64,000 bases of DNA, from positions 44,208,001 through 44,272,000 of the forward strand of contig NC_087245.1 in assembly GCF_037042905.1 (NCBI RefSeq). The letters are read 5' to 3'. This stretch comes from Lytechinus pictus. Its lineage: Eukaryota. Below, piece after piece: positions 26,743 to 41,300 of the stretch. The position numbers were made by a program, and so were the translations under genes. Positions within the stretch are counted from its first letter, which is position 1. The number at the start of each line of letters is the position of its first letter. Under the pieces are notes generated by a model. It searched no databases. It was not told the origin of the DNA and saw only the letters and a list, made by a program, of their open reading frames with translations.

Positions 26743-27353
26743 GTGGAATAATTTTCTCCGAAGGAGTTGAATGGTTACAGCACCGACGTTTTGGTCTCGC
26801 AGCGCTGCGTAACTTCGGAATGGGCAAAAAGTCACTTGAAAACTCGGTCAACGCAGAAGCCCGGACTCTGAATGAAGTTTTATTGGAAAAGATCGGGAAA
26901 CCATTTGATCCGTTTCTTATTGTGAACAATGCTGTATCCAACATTATCTGCGCCATAACGTTCGGCCAGCGATTTGAATATTCGGATCCCAAATTCAAGG
27001 ATATGATACAACGGATCAACTACTTTGTAGCCGAAGATCCGGGCGTCCTGTCGAATCTTCCCACCTTCATCAGCAACGCTCGTAGAAGAAATTTAGTGGC
27101 AGTCCGAAAGTACTTAGAAGAGGAAGTCATGGAACATAAGTCTACTTTTGAACCCAATCACGTCAGAGATATCATCGATTTATACTTGAAGGAAATAAAC
27201 CGTGCGCGGGAAGCAGGCGAGAAATGTGAACTGGATTTGTCAAAGGCATGGCCATTAGTTTTCGATTTCTTCTTGGCGGGAACGGAAACGACATCGACAA
27301 CACTACTTTGGGCTTTCCTCTTTATGGCAGGTCATCCAGAAATTCAAGAAAAG
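26743..27353 (+). CDS. CYP2-like coding exon 3
   Basis: Acceptor TTTTTAG; C-helix WLQHRR, LRNFGMGKKSLE, NAVSNIIC, RDIIDLYL and I-helix AGTETT. Donor AAG|GTTTGA, phase 0. Confidence 0.95.
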
Positions 27354-27879
27354 GTTTGAACTCCCGTCATTCATAATTTTACATTCTAGGAAATGGAATC
27401 TTTATATTTTACTTACTTTTTGCTTTTTTCCGGCTAGATTGGCAAGACATTATGTAAAGTATTTTCGTTTCGAGTGAATTATCAGTACAAAATTACAACA
27501 ATCTCGAATTATACCAGATATTAAGATAATATTGTGACGGAATCGCTGGCGGAGAGGGTCCGCCGGCAGCTCGCTCTTGTAAGGATGCCTGCCGCCGGCG
27601 GGTGTTTGCCACGTCGATTTCCAAACAGTCGCGGATCCGTTTGACAGAGATATACTGCCGCATTATTGACACTTGCACAAGCCTCATTCCTGCCAATACC
27701 ACCACCAGGCAACCTCCAGACGGCTACACTCTTTATTGTCAGCTCAAACAGCTCACCCGACCATATGCATCTAGCTTGTGTAGTTAAGCTCTCTCGACCA
27801 TATGCATCTGATTCATGTAGTTTAAGATCTTACGACCATAGCATAGGCGGATCCAGGGGGGGGGGCGAGGGGCCCGCCC

Positions 27880-30800
27880 GCGAAATTATTTTTCCCACCG
27901 AGTTCTGGACCAACATATGAATATTCATGAGTTGCGTCTTCGGATTAAGAGTACGCATGCGCGTGGACTTTGCCTCGACCAGTGCCGGTCGTAAGCATTC
28001 ACGTTGCTCAGAATGAATTAGCATCGTCATATTACCGGTACCCTTACATAGTTACATAGGCCTTATAGGCTTAGATCTATATATATATAAACTCCTCAAA
28101 AAAAAGTTTGGAAATCTGACTTTGATCGATAATCCCTCCTCGGATTTAATAAATAACAATGTTTAATAAATATCAACGAATAGAACATTTAATTTTCTTG
28201 CAGTCAGATGTCATCAAAGCACTGTTATCTTGATCATGACCCCTTTTGCCTAATAATTTTGACAACATTTTTCAAACCAATAGAGATATACATACATATA
28301 ATACTAGAAACTCAGCTGATACTCGTGCAATATATGGCCATTATTCTTTCTCAAACAACATATTTTTATGTAGGGGACCCATTATTTGGAATAAGATCCC
28401 TCAAAATATCAAGCAGTGCAAAACCCTTCAAAGCATTAAAAGACATTTAAAAATACATTTCATGCAGAAAGTCTAATACTGATATAGATAAATTGTATAC
28501 TTTTGTTATGTTTGTAGTTCTGTATTTCCTGACTGCATTTGTTTTTTAATTGTGTTGTTTTGTGTTAATTTCAGGATCACTAACTTATAAGTTCCTTGTA
28601 ACTTCTCAGTGATCCTTCCACTATTCTTAAATATACTCACTTTTGTTATAATGTATTTCATTGAAATATTTATACTTTTTGATTTGTATGTTTTTTATGA
28701 AGACTGTGGTAAATAAAGTTTCAATTTTAATTTCAATTAATCATTGTTAAAAGGGCATCCTTGTGCAATGTTGCCAGCGCGAACCACCAGCTCAAACTTC
28801 TTGACATGTCGTGTAATAAGACATGGAAATTAAATATTTTGAGCTGGTTTTGTAATCATGAAAAAGATGTTTATCTAACTAAAAAATAACTTTACGGTCG
28901 CTAATTTTTTTTTATATACTGACCAGTAAAGGAAGCAGTTAATTACTGCATTTTAAATAGGATACATAACTCACCAATAAAAATAATGCGAGTGCAAAGC
29001 GCGAGCCCAAAAATTTGTGATATTCCAACCTGAAAACTGGACATTCTAAGCATTTTTTTTGTGAACGGGAAGAGAACGAGTACAATAATTGATGCGAGTG
29101 CAGGAAGCGAGACAAAAATTTGTGATATTCTAACCATAAAACAACATTTTATACATTTTTGTAACCATGAGCAGGATTAGTACTGTACTAAACAATAATT
29201 GATGCAAGCACGATTCAAAATCTGTGATTTTCGAACCTAAAATGTATTATGTTTTATTATTAAAGAAGGTATATTTCTCTTTTAAAAAGGGCATATTTCA
29301 TTTGGAAAAAAAAAATCCTACAGGGATTTTTTTTTTTGGGGGGGGGGGGGGCAAGAGAGCACAAAGCGCAAGCTAAAATTTTCACATGCTTAAACTGAAA
29401 ATGAGTCAATTTTAGGACTCTTGTCAGTTTTCATAATTTTTTCTGCTTACAACCACCTTTAGATTTCAATTCTCATTTCTTGAATCTTCTACACTTATTT
29501 TACCTAAAAAAACAGAATAAAGAATACTAACAAAATAAAGTTATATTCAAAAGGATATAAAACAAACAGGGCGCACCCCATACCCTTAGTTGGGAGAGGG
29601 TAAATCTTAATTATTTCTTTAAACAGTTAATCAATCATTAATTATTAATACTTATTGATAATATTAATAATTTTTAATTATTCAATTATTATTTTTTTAT
29701 TATTATTTCTTGAAACAATATTGACACAAAAACAAATACGTTGTTTATTTCCTTGAAACTGTAGAGAAATGAAATTCACTGTTGAACGATATATGATTAA
29801 AAAAGAAGTAAACATTTCTTCCCCTTTGTTTTGTCAATCTGACCCAAAACATATATACAATTTAGAAAAGAGATAGAGAGAAGAAGAACTTCCACCACCA
29901 AGAATAAACTTAGACAAGGGGGGGGGGGGGAGGGAAAGGAAAAGATGGAGTAAATGTGATATTATTTTTTAAACAATCTATCGCAAAATTAGCTTTTCCT
30001 ATAGAAAGAGGGGGACAAATTTTGTTCACTCGCTCGCTTCAATCGCTTTCTTCTTTTTTTTGACAGAAATTTTGCTTTGTATGCCATGTTTGGCCCCTCA
30101 AAGTTTCTGGCTCATCATGCCATTGACATAACCCATTTGGATATGACAAAATTGAAGACTGTGTTCAAGTTTACCAAATCTTTTCAGAATATCATTAAGA
30201 CTTAAAACATTCTTGTTGGCCAAAGAAAATAATACAAGGAAAATCCTAATGGAATAGAAATCAACCTTGTTATCGTTCTTTAGAGTAAGCTATGTTTAAA
30301 GTATGAAAATTGTTGTCAAAATTGCAGTCAGATGTAAAAATTATTCTTGTCATCAAAGCACTATTATCTTGATCATGACCATTATTATTTACTGTCATTA
30401 TCATCATATGATTACAACATATTACCAATACATTGTGCTATTTTTCATAACTGATGTATTCTTTGTTTGAATTTCTTGATAATGGTGACAATTACAATTG
30501 ATGACACTGCTAGTACACTTACTACTGCTGCTGCTACTGTTACTGGTGATTGGTAGTATTGACCATTAGTGTTATTAAATATATTAAAAAAAAACAATTG
30601 AAACATTTATAATTACTTATTTCAAACAAATGAAAGTACAAAATACAAAATGCCTTGAAATTTCAATGCTCAAAATCCTCAAGGCCAAGGCCCTCTCAAC
30701 GCCAAGGCTTTGAAGAAGTAGGCATTAAGGCGCCTTAAGACCAAGGCCGAGCATCAAGGCACTACAACACTGATTAGTACTAGGCATTAATTAGACAGGT

Positions 30801-31114
30801 CCAGATTTGAGGTAAAGTTAATGCGCTAGCCTAAGCTAGCCCTACCCTAGCACATGTCTTGCCATTAATGGCAGCTAGTTTATTAAGTGTTTAAGAATTG
30901 GATATATATATAAGCCTATCTAAGCCTATAAGACCTATGTAACTATGTAAGGGTACCGGTAATTTGACGATGCTAATTCATTCTGAGCAACGTGAATGCT
31001 TACGATCGGCACTGGTGGAGGCCAAGTCCACGCGCATGCGTACTCTCAATCCGAAGACGCAAGTTATGAATATTCATATGTTGGTCCAGAACTCGGTGGG
31101 AAAAATAATTTCGC
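27880..31114. mobile_element. Non-autonomous MULE/Mutator-like element
   Basis: ~200-bp TIRs starting GCGAAATTATTTTTCCCACCGAG; 9-bp TSD GGCCCGCCC at 27871-79 and 31115-23. Confidence 0.85.
28246..28738 (+). mobile_element. 3' end of a CR1-group LINE inside the MULE-like element
   Basis: ORF2 C-terminal motifs HTYNTR, GPIIWNKIP and KRHLK; AATAAA plus a (TTTCAA)n-like tail. Confidence 0.75.
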
Positions 31115-32624
31115 GGCCCGCCCCCCCCCCCCCCTATTGGCGGAGCAAAAAAAAGAAAAAAAGAGGAAAGAAAGAAAAAAAAAGGAGGGAAAGAGAGGAG
31201 AAAAAGAAAAGGAGGAAGACGAGTGAATAAAATAAGATGAGGGGAAGACCTTGAAAATATAAAGAATCTTTCATGTCACTATTGAAATTTTCGCTCGCGC
31301 TTCGCGCTCGCATTGCCTGTTAGGTGATTTCATATCTTGTTCAATATGGAGTTTAAATATCAAGTTTGGAAGTCAATATACAAACATTTTTCATCTCGGA
31401 AATGGAACTTTCATTATTTTGTGTGATTTACAAATTGATTTTTAAAAATTGCTCTGTAAAATTGTCAGTTTTATGATCTGAATATTAACATTTTCTGCTC
31501 GCGCTGCGCGCTCGCAAATTTTGATTTATCACATACCTATCATTTTTGTGTATTCCATTAAGTTTTCAAAATATCCCTTCTCAGGTCTGATTGTCAAAAC
31601 GTATCAGCTAGCGCTGCACGCTCGCATTTTGATTGGCGAGTTAAGTATGTCTCAATATTGATTATACAGCAAACTACTTAAAATCCCCTTTTCATGACAG
31701 TGTATACAAATTTTAGGCTCGCAATTTTCGCTCGCATTAATGATTAAAAATACATTAACTGATGCATCCTATTTATAATTACAAAAGTGCTTGAAATGCC
31801 CAGTTTTCAGGCCATAATGTCATCAGATTTCGCGCCCTCATTAGGCATTAATGAATAAGATATTAATATAATGATTGAATTGTCCCTTTTGTTTCATCTC
31901 GCGCTTAGCAAGAGGAACAAGAAGACAGTCATCATTTTCATATGATGACATGTCCTAAGGATGTCCCGGTCCTATGTCAAAACAAAAAAAGTAATTATAA
32001 TGAAAATATTAGCTCTTTATTAAGTGCGATCCATATCCATCTCACAATTTTCCTACAAAGTGCTTGAAATATAGAGCTGAAATTGACTCTTTTCGGAATA
32101 TCAAATAGTTTGTTGGGACGGATCTGAGTATTTATGAATTCGGTGGAGAAAATGTTATGTTTCTCTTTAAAAACCAAGACAAATCAAACACTCCAATCAA
32201 TCAGACTAGGAAAAAAAGGAAAAAAATTAACAACGAGCACGGCGACTCTACATCCCAACTTTTTAGCTACGTGATCATTCAAGAAAAATAAGCACTTGTA
32301 AACAAAATAATTACGGTTCGATGACTTCAATTTATAATTAAAATGATTCAAATGCTTTCTTTGACAAATTTACAAAGCGTTTACAAATCAAAGAAATGCC
32401 TGTATGATTTATCCAATAAATTGAAGACAGTAAATAAAGTTATGTCGAATATTCAAAGAAATAGGAGCTCTATCAGTTTATAACAGAGTAATTGATTAAG
32501 TAATAAAATAGGATATCAACTTCAAAATTCTGTGAAGACTAGCAGCAGGCAAAAGCATTGAGAAGTTGACTTGTCTGCAAACGTTCGATCTACTTGGCGA
32601 ATCGTCCATAGCATAGACAAAAAA

Positions 32625-33346
32625 CAAAATCATATTTATAGATATTGAACAAACTATGTCGGTTTTTTAAGTAGCAACAGCAATTTTAGACTCCATTTTT
32701 TAAAGCCATTTTGGATTTTTAACAGACTCGACTACTGACTGTCCTTGTAACTTGTCCTAATGTTTTGTTTGACCCCATTGAAAACATGGTATAGACACCA
32801 AAATCATTATGTCCCCGGCGGATATGAAATGAACAATGTCCATTTTGATTATCAACAGCCATTTTAAACTCCATTTTTGGAAGCCATCTTGGATTTTTGG
32901 ACACACGAGACACATGGCTGTTCTTGTAACTTGTTCCAATGTACCACTTCACCCTTAAAACCATTGAATAAAAACCAAATTAAAGCCACTTAGATGACTA
33001 TTGGATTTTCAGTCTACGGCAGATATTTTGGTCGCCATTTTGGATTTGCCAGGTACACTGGAGGGCTTATAATTTACTTTAGCTTGTATCAGCATTTTTT
33101 TTTACCCCTAGACCATGGAATACTAACCGAAATAGGATTCTAGGGGGGTAATGAGTCAGTTGTATCCATTTTCAGTGAATGCCATCTTGGACGCCATCTT
33201 GAAAATAACCACTTTCCCGGATGCAGATTTTGGTAGATTTTTAGTATGTTATTCCAGAGGTCAAATAGTACAAAAAACCGTTGAAAAATCATTTGTTGCA
33301 ATTTGTTCCGGGTAAGGGTATTTTTGGTCGTAAATTGACCCGTCTA
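32625..33346. mobile_element. One arm of the 22898-25083 family, ending ...GACCCGTCTA
   Basis: Shares CCATCTTGGACGCCATCTTGAAAATAAC..GTTGAAAAATCATTTGTTGCAATTTGTTCCGGGT with that element. Confidence 0.65.
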
Positions 33347-34991
33347 TTCTTTGATATCCTAAAATAAACTCAGAAATTGTCACTACAAGTTTAAGCTCGC
33401 GCTTCGCGCTCGCTTTGATTTTCATGATAAAAGATGTATTTAGAATGTCTAGATTCTAGATCTAAATATGAATTCAGATACTCGACTTGTTCTCTATTTA
33501 AATCATTATCCAGTTTGAGATCACAATGTCAAAAATTTTCTGCTCGCACTTTGTAGTCGCATTATTAATGTAATAGGAATATCCCTTGGTCTAAATCTCG
33601 ATTTTTTCCGCTCACGCTTCGTGCTCGCATTGATTGTTTAGTTATAGCTATCTTGTTCACGATTACAAAAATTGATTAAAATTTCCCATTCTTTATGTAG
33701 AAATGTCAAAAAACTTCAGCTCGCGTTTCGCGCTCGCATTATTAGTCCGGGTTATAATTGAGCAAGGTGCCACTTGGAGAAGGAGAAATTTTTATATAGT
33801 GCCTCTTAACCAGTTTTTTACGCTGAATATGAATATATGAGGTAAACAGGCTGTATCCTGAAAATTAATCCGTGAGGGCGCTTTTTTCAAAATGGCTGCC
33901 AAATTTTCATAAAATTTGAATATTCGTACATAGATTTTGACATAAGCATCCAATTGCCATGAAATTAGTGTCATATGAAAGCCAATTAAATTTCCTACAA
34001 TTTGATACTATTTATAGGGGATAAGTAGGTCATTTAGCCGAGATTTTAAGCAGAAAACTGCATTTTTTGTATTTTTTCCCAAAAATTGAAAATTTTGCAA
34101 ATACATGATTTTACATAATTCTAAGAAAAATGAATTAATTACCTTGAAATGTTCCTGAAAACTGTATTAATATATTATTATCACATGGATGACATTTCAA
34201 CTCCGTATCATTATTCTAAGCAAATTTATAAGGTATCAAACTTGAATTCTTCAATATCAGAAATGTTGCTTTGTATGCATTTCCATAAACTAATACGTAT
34301 AACATGTATAATACATGTATGTATAATGTATAGTTAAAACTTAAGTGCAATTATCTCCGCTAGTTAATCACTTGCAGAGTTAAGAGTAGGCTTTTCTCTA
34401 TCAGCTACATAGAAGAAAATGTTGGCACATCGAAGCCTAACATTCTCATGGGGTGGGGGTGTCGAAGTCCCCCCCCCCCCCCCGTGGCTATATCATGTTG
34501 TTGTATTTATTGGAAAATCACTATTTTCTGAAGCACCCATTGAGGCAAAAGGCAATTTTGTTATACAGCACAGCCACTTTAATAACTTTAAAACCACTTG
34601 GAGAGGAAAAGAGTAGGCTTTGTTCTACCAGCTACATCAAAATAAGTAGTACATCGAAGCCTACCTCTCTTGGTGGGGGAGGGGGGGGGGGTATGGAGGT
34701 CACCCCTCTCCATTTTGCTTATTGCTAATTCATTTGGAAATTCACCATTTTGGACCCAACATTGAGGCAAAAAAGCGTTTGTGCATTATAGTACACCCCA
34801 TTTTATTGATTTGAAAGAGTAGAGTTCGTTCTACCAGCTACATAAATAAGCGCACGCACATCGAACCCTAGCCCTCTCAGGTGCTGTCAAAGTCACCCCC
34901 CCCCCCTCCTCTATATCATGTATATTGCCTATTTATTGAAAATTACACCATTTTAAATCACCAATTGAGGCAAAAGGGCATTTCTACTATA

Positions 34992-37900
34992 CAGTGCGTA
35001 TAGAAAAAAAAAACGGGACAGATTTGAAAAGTCTATAAAATTTCAAAGTTCAAATGCTATTAAAAAAAATTAGTTTCGTTCATGCTTGAGCGAACACGGA
35101 ATGCCAAAATGGCATAAAATTATAGATATGATGATCGGACTAATTTTCAAATCACGTGGTCAAAATTCATTTTCAGATCTATTTATTTGCTTGAATTATT
35201 CTGTTGTTTCTTTTAATATGCTCTCTGTTAGCTTTGAATATTCCTTCTTTAAGCTAAAACAATTTTGTTTCAATTGAATTATGGGAGAGCATGGATTTTT
35301 TTTAATTCAAATCCTTTCATTGAGTGCTACAAAGGTTATGGTGCCTTTTGAACAGTGCCACACAGATGGGCGGGCACTCGGGATGCTCCCCCCCCCCTCA
35401 ATTAAAAAAAAATCATGACCAAGAAAAAGAGTGGACAGGAAATAAAAGGAAAGATAGAAAGTAAAATGTGTTATTTTCTGAATATTTTGTCAAAATCTAT
35501 CACAAAATTTGATATTGTAATAAAAAAGTGGGAATATTTGCGTGCTCACTTCGCTCGCTCACAACTTTTTTATACATTTTACCCGATCTGCCATATCTAG
35601 CTCCTTCAAAATTGACTCAATACATAATTGTCATTGAAAGACATGAATCCCTTCCTGTGTTTACTGTCAAGCAAATAAACTTGGTCAAGGAATTAATGAC
35701 CCCTTGAAAAAAAAATTCATGTCTTTTAAAGGTACATAACATAATTTGTTTCACATAATAAAAGGATTTGAATAATCACAAGTTTTCCCAATTAATAATT
35801 CAAATCTTCTTGCTTGGGTTGACAAAAAATCTTCTTTTCTCAGTTACTTATGAAGGAAAATTAAAAGGTAAGAGAAGTTTAAATGAAAAAACAAAATATC
35901 AATTAAATAAATAAATTTGTAAATGAAATTTGACAGCATAATTGGAAAATTGTGGCACAGATAATGAAAAGGTCAAGATGACGTCTCCCGATTAGCAAGA
36001 AGTCTGATCATCATTGGTTGGAAAGAAAAAAAATTCAAGGGTTGTTGAAGTAGACAGGCTTATCAAAAAGGTCAATGGAGACAATAACCTCATTACATCT
36101 ATAAATGATATTGTCAATGAATTCAATAACTACTTTGTAAATATTGGTCCGAATCTAGCAGATACTTTGCCAAATGAAAATGTGTCACATAGACGTTACT
36201 TAGGGGCAAGAGTTAACAATTCTTTATTTTGGAAACCTGTGACTGAGGATGAGGTTTTTAATCATCTTGTAACTCTAGATGAAAAGAAAGCTTGTGGTCA
36301 TGATAATTTACCAGCACGATTGTTAAGAGATAGTGCTGTTTACATTTCAGGTGTCCTGGCATATATCTTTAATTTATCTTTAGAATGTGGGAGGGTACCA
36401 GATGAAATGAAAATAGCAAAAGTTACGCCTATCCACAAAAAGGGACCAAAAGATTAACCTGGAAACTATAGACCAATATCTGTTTTGCCAGTGCTCGGAA
36501 AGGTTTTCGAAAAAGTAGCAAACGGGCGATTAGTACAGTTTTTAGAAACAAACAATGCTTTTTACCACCACCAGTATGGTTTTCGTAAGAAGTACAGTAC
36601 TAAGTTGTCATTAATAAATTTGTCCAACACTCTCTTAAAAGCAATTGATGAGAGTAAAGCTACACTTGGGATATTCATTGACTTCAAAAAAGCATTTGAT
36701 ACGATCAATCATAATGTCTTAATCAACAAACTCTCTCACTATGGAATACGCGGTCTCCCGCTTAAATGGTTCGAAGACTATCTTAGAGGAAGATATCAGT
36801 TTGTTCAATATGAAGAGACAGTCTCTAAGAAAATGGAAATCACATGCGGTGTTCCTCAAGGTTCGGTTCTAGGACCAACATTATTTTTACTGTATATAAA
36901 CGATCTACCATCTGTTTCTAATTATTTCAATTTCAGATTATTTGCAGACGATTCTAATCTATTTCATACCTTCCCAGCTGGACAAGATGAAATTGATGTA
37001 AATGAAGTCAATATTAACATAAATAAAATACAAGAATGGTGTGTTGCAAACAAGCTTACTATCAACTCTATGAAAACGAAATTCATGTTGATTGGTAGCA
37101 GAAGGAAAAATATTAGACTAGCTGGTACATTGGAAATAGCCGGAGAGGAGATTGAAGAGGTTAATGAAGCAACTTTTGTAGGTATAACAATAGATAAACA
37201 TCTAACTTGGAAGAACCATATTAGAATAGTTAATTCATGTATACGTAAAAGAGTAGGAATTATATTTCGGTTGCGACATTTTGTACCAAAATATACATTA
37301 GTATTATTATACAAGGCATTCATAGAGCCACACTTAACGAGGTGTGGGGGAGTACTTACAAGAGTAGCTTAAATTGTATATTTTACACCCAAAAAATGGC
37401 AGTACGTGCCATCACATTCAGTGAGTGGCGAGCTCATACACGTGTATTATTTCAGAATTTAAAGATCCTAAATGTATTTGAAATGCACAATTTATCTATA
37501 TGTACCTTCATGTATGACCTGGGTAATAATAACTTACCTCACTCTTTAGTAGATTATTGCGATGTAATAGAGCATAGATACCCAACAAGACAAAAAGAAG
37601 GTCGACAAGTACATTTACCAAAATTACGGACTACTCAAGGACAATTCTCTCTATCTTTCTTAGGAAGTGATTACTGGAATAATGTACCATTAGCCATCAA
37701 ACTAAAAGTATCCAGAAACGATTTAAGGAATTCATTACAAAATCATTTATTAAATCAATAACTTATCATATTGCTCTGTATATAACATAAAATGTTACAC
37801 TCATAATTTTATTTTGTTTTTTTGTAGTTGTTGTGTTAAAAAAAAAAACATACTTTAAAGTTCGATATTCGCCTATATTACTAATATGTGTAGGGGCCAG

Positions 37901-38304
37901 GCTCGACTAGCACTTGTGCTATTTTCTGGTCCCTTTTATCAGCTCTTAACATATACATGTATGTTTCATTTCTGTAATATTTATATGCATGACATAATAA
38001 TGTAATATGTAAACATCTGTAAATATGTTGTTATCGTTGGTGAATAAAATCAAATCAAAATCAAATCAAAATCAAAATCAAATCATATTACTCATATTCT
38101 GCAATTCTGGCGCAAGCCTCTTTTTGAACCCCCAACAAAAACGTCCCGTGTTCGCTCAAGCATGAACAAAATTTATCTTTTTTAATTGCATTTCAAAGAT
38201 AAGACCTTAGAGCATCTATTAACACCAAAATATAGACATCATTATTTGAAACAAAATTTTTATAGACTTTTCAAATCTGTCCCGTTTTTTTTTTATACGC
38301 ACTG
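34992..38304. mobile_element. Non-autonomous Tc1/mariner-like element nested in the Academ-like element
   Basis: TA|CAGTGCGTATA..CGGGACAGATTTGAAAAGTCTATAAAA and its inverse ending CACTG|TA. Removing it restores the host motif TTTCTACTATATAGTACAGCC. Confidence 0.88.
36015..38081 (+). mobile_element. 5'-truncated CR1-group LINE with a nearly intact RT
   Basis: FNNYFVNIGP, NYRPISVLP, HQYGFR, IDFKKAFD, CGVPQGSVLGP, LFADD. One in-frame stop (36455-57) and one frameshift (~37340). (AAATC)n tail. Absent from the homologous site at ~668. Confidence 0.93.
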
Positions 38305-41300
38305 TATAGTACAGCCAATTTTAATTTCTTGCAATGACTTGGATAGGAAAGAGTAGACTCTTTCATAAAAGCCTACCCCCTCCGGGATGCAGTTGAAATC
38401 ACCCCATCCCTTTCGCATTATTGCATATTTATTGAAGGAAAAAAAAATCACCGTTTTGGAACCCCCATTGAGGCAAAAAGTCATTTCTGATTACAACTCT
38501 GCCTTTTTTACTACCTTGAAACCACTTGGAGAGGAAACAATCATGGCAATAGGCTTTGCTCGATCAGCTACATACAAAGATGTGCTGGCAAATAAAAGCC
38601 TACTCCCTTCAGGGGACTGTCGAAATTACCCCCCCCCCTCTTGAAATTCACCATTTTGGAGCCCCCATTGAGACAAAAGGGTATTTCTGATATATAGTTC
38701 TGCATTTTTTCACCCTTGAAACCACTTGGAGGGAAAAGAATAAAGGCTTTGCTTTAACAGCTACATATAAAGCATATCCCCATCAGAGGACTGTTGAAAT
38801 CACCCCACCCCCTTTTCATTATTGCTTATTTATTGAAAATTCACCATTTTGGTGCCCCCATTGAGACAAAAAGGCGGTTCTGATATATAGTTCTGCCACT
38901 ATTACCACCTTGAAAGAGTAGGCTTTCCTCTATCAGCTATATAAAGAAGTGGCTCTACTATATACCAGAAACACCTTTTTGCCTCAATGGGGGCTCGAAA
39001 ATGGCGAGTTTTTCAATGAATTGGCAAAAATCGTAATTTGGGGTTACAGCTATAGTCCCTGAAGTGGGTCAGGCGTCGATATGGCAGCAATTCAACATAT
39101 ATAGCTGAAAGAGGAGAACCTACTCTTTACTCTCCAAATGGTTTCAAGAAAATGAAATCGGGTTTTTTATACAGCAGAAGTGCATACTGTCTCAATGGGG
39201 GCTCAAAATTGTGAATTTTCAAATAATTAGGCAATAATGCAAAAGGGGTGGAATGGTTCGACAGCCGCCCAGATGGGTAAGCTTCAATGTGCCAACACTT
39301 CTTTATAGGTAGCTGATAGAGCAAAGCATATTCTGTCCGCCTACTCTTTCAAGGCAGTAAAAGTGGCAGAACTATATACATGTATCAGAGATTCTTTTTT
39401 ACCTCAATGGGGGCTAAAAAATTGTGAATTTTCCAATAAATAGGCAATAATGCAAAGGGGAGAGGGGGTGATTTGACAGCCCCCAGAAGGGGGTAGGCTT
39501 TTATTTGCCAACACATCTCTATAACTGATGGAGCAAAGCCTATTCCTTCCTCTCTAAGCGGTTTCAAGGCAATAAAAGTGGCAGAACTATATATCAGAGA
39601 CGCCTTTTTGCTTCAATGGGCGCTCCACAATAGTGAATTTTCAACAAGTAGCCAAATACCGAAAATTAGTGAGGTAACTTTTATAGCCTGAAGGAGATAG
39701 GCTTCGATTTGCCAACACTTCTTTATATGGAGCTAATAGAGCAAAGCCTACTCTTTTCTCTCCAAGTCATTGCAAGTAAATAGAATTTGCTGTACTCTAT
39801 AGTAGAAACGCCCTTTTGCTTTAATAGGTGATCCAAAATTGTGAATGTCCAATAGATAGTCAAATACCGAAAATTGGTAAGGTAAATTCTACAGCCCGCT
39901 GAACATTCTGAAGGGGAGAGGCTTCGATTTGCCAACACTTCTTTATATGGAGCTAATAGAGCAAAGCCTACTCTTTTCTCTCCAAGTCATTGCAAGTAAA
40001 TAGACTTTGCTGTACTATATAGTAGAAACGCCCTTTTGCTTTAATAGGTGATCCAAAATTGTGAATGTCCAATAGATAGTCAAATACCGAAAATTGGTAA
40101 GGTAAATTCTACAGCCCGCTGAACATTCTGAAGGGGAGAGGTTTCGATTTGCCAACACTTCTTTATAGCTGATAGAGCAAAGTCTATACTCTTTCTTCTC
40201 CAAGTCATTGCAAGAAAATAAAATTGGCTGTACTATATGGTAGAAACGCGCTTTTGCCTCAATGGGTGATCCAAAATGGTGAAATATCCAATAAAATAAG
40301 CAATATACATGATATAGAGGGCGGGGGGGGGGGGAGGGGGTTGACTTAGACAGCCCCTGAGAGGGCTAGGGTTCGACGTGCCAGCGCTTATATATATGTA
40401 GCTGATAAACTCTACTCTATTCTACTCTTTCCTCTCTAAGTGGTTTCAAATCAATAAAATGGGGTGTACAACAAAGCACAAACGCTTTTTGGCCTGAATG
40501 TTGGGTCCAAAATTGTAAATTTGCAAATAAATTGGCAATATTAAGCAAAAGTCCCCCCCCCCCGAGAGGGGTAGGCTTCGATGTGCTACTTCTTTAGATG
40601 TATAGCTGATAGAACAAGCCTATTCTTTCCTCTCCAAGTGGTTTCAAAGCAATCAAAGTGGCTGTACTGTATAGCAGAAATGCCTGTTTTTGCCTCCATG
40701 GGTGCTCCAAAAATATATTATTTTTCTAACAAATAGGCAATATATAACAACATGATATAGCAAAGGGCAGGGGGGGGGGTGACTTCGACACCCCCACCCC
40801 CATGAGAGGGTCAGGCCTTGATGTGCCAACATTTTTTTTTTATGTAGCTGATAAAGAAAAGCCTACTCTTAACTCTCCAAGTGGTTAAAAAGCGGAGATA
40901 ATTGCATTTAATATTTAACTACCGGTAAACATTATACATACATGCATTATACATGTTATACGTATTAGTCTATGGAAATGCATACAAAAAGCAACATTTA
41001 TGATATTGAAGAATTCAAGTTTGATACCTTATAAATTTGCTTAGAAAAATGAAACAGAGTTGAAATTTCATCCACATGATAATAATATATTAATACAGTT
41101 TTCAGGAACATTTCAAGGTAATTGATTCATTTTTCTTAGAATTATGTAAAATCATGTATTTGCAAAATTTTCAATTTTTGGGGAAAAAAATACAAAAAAT
41201 GCAGTTTTCTACTTGAAATCTCGGCTAAATGACCTACTTATCCTCTATAAATAGTACCAAATTGTAGGAAATTTAATTGGCTTTCATATGACACTGACTT

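Noticed and set aside
27830..31230. Paired ORFs MTMLIHSEQRECL
   Set aside because: They are the two TIRs of the MULE-like element.
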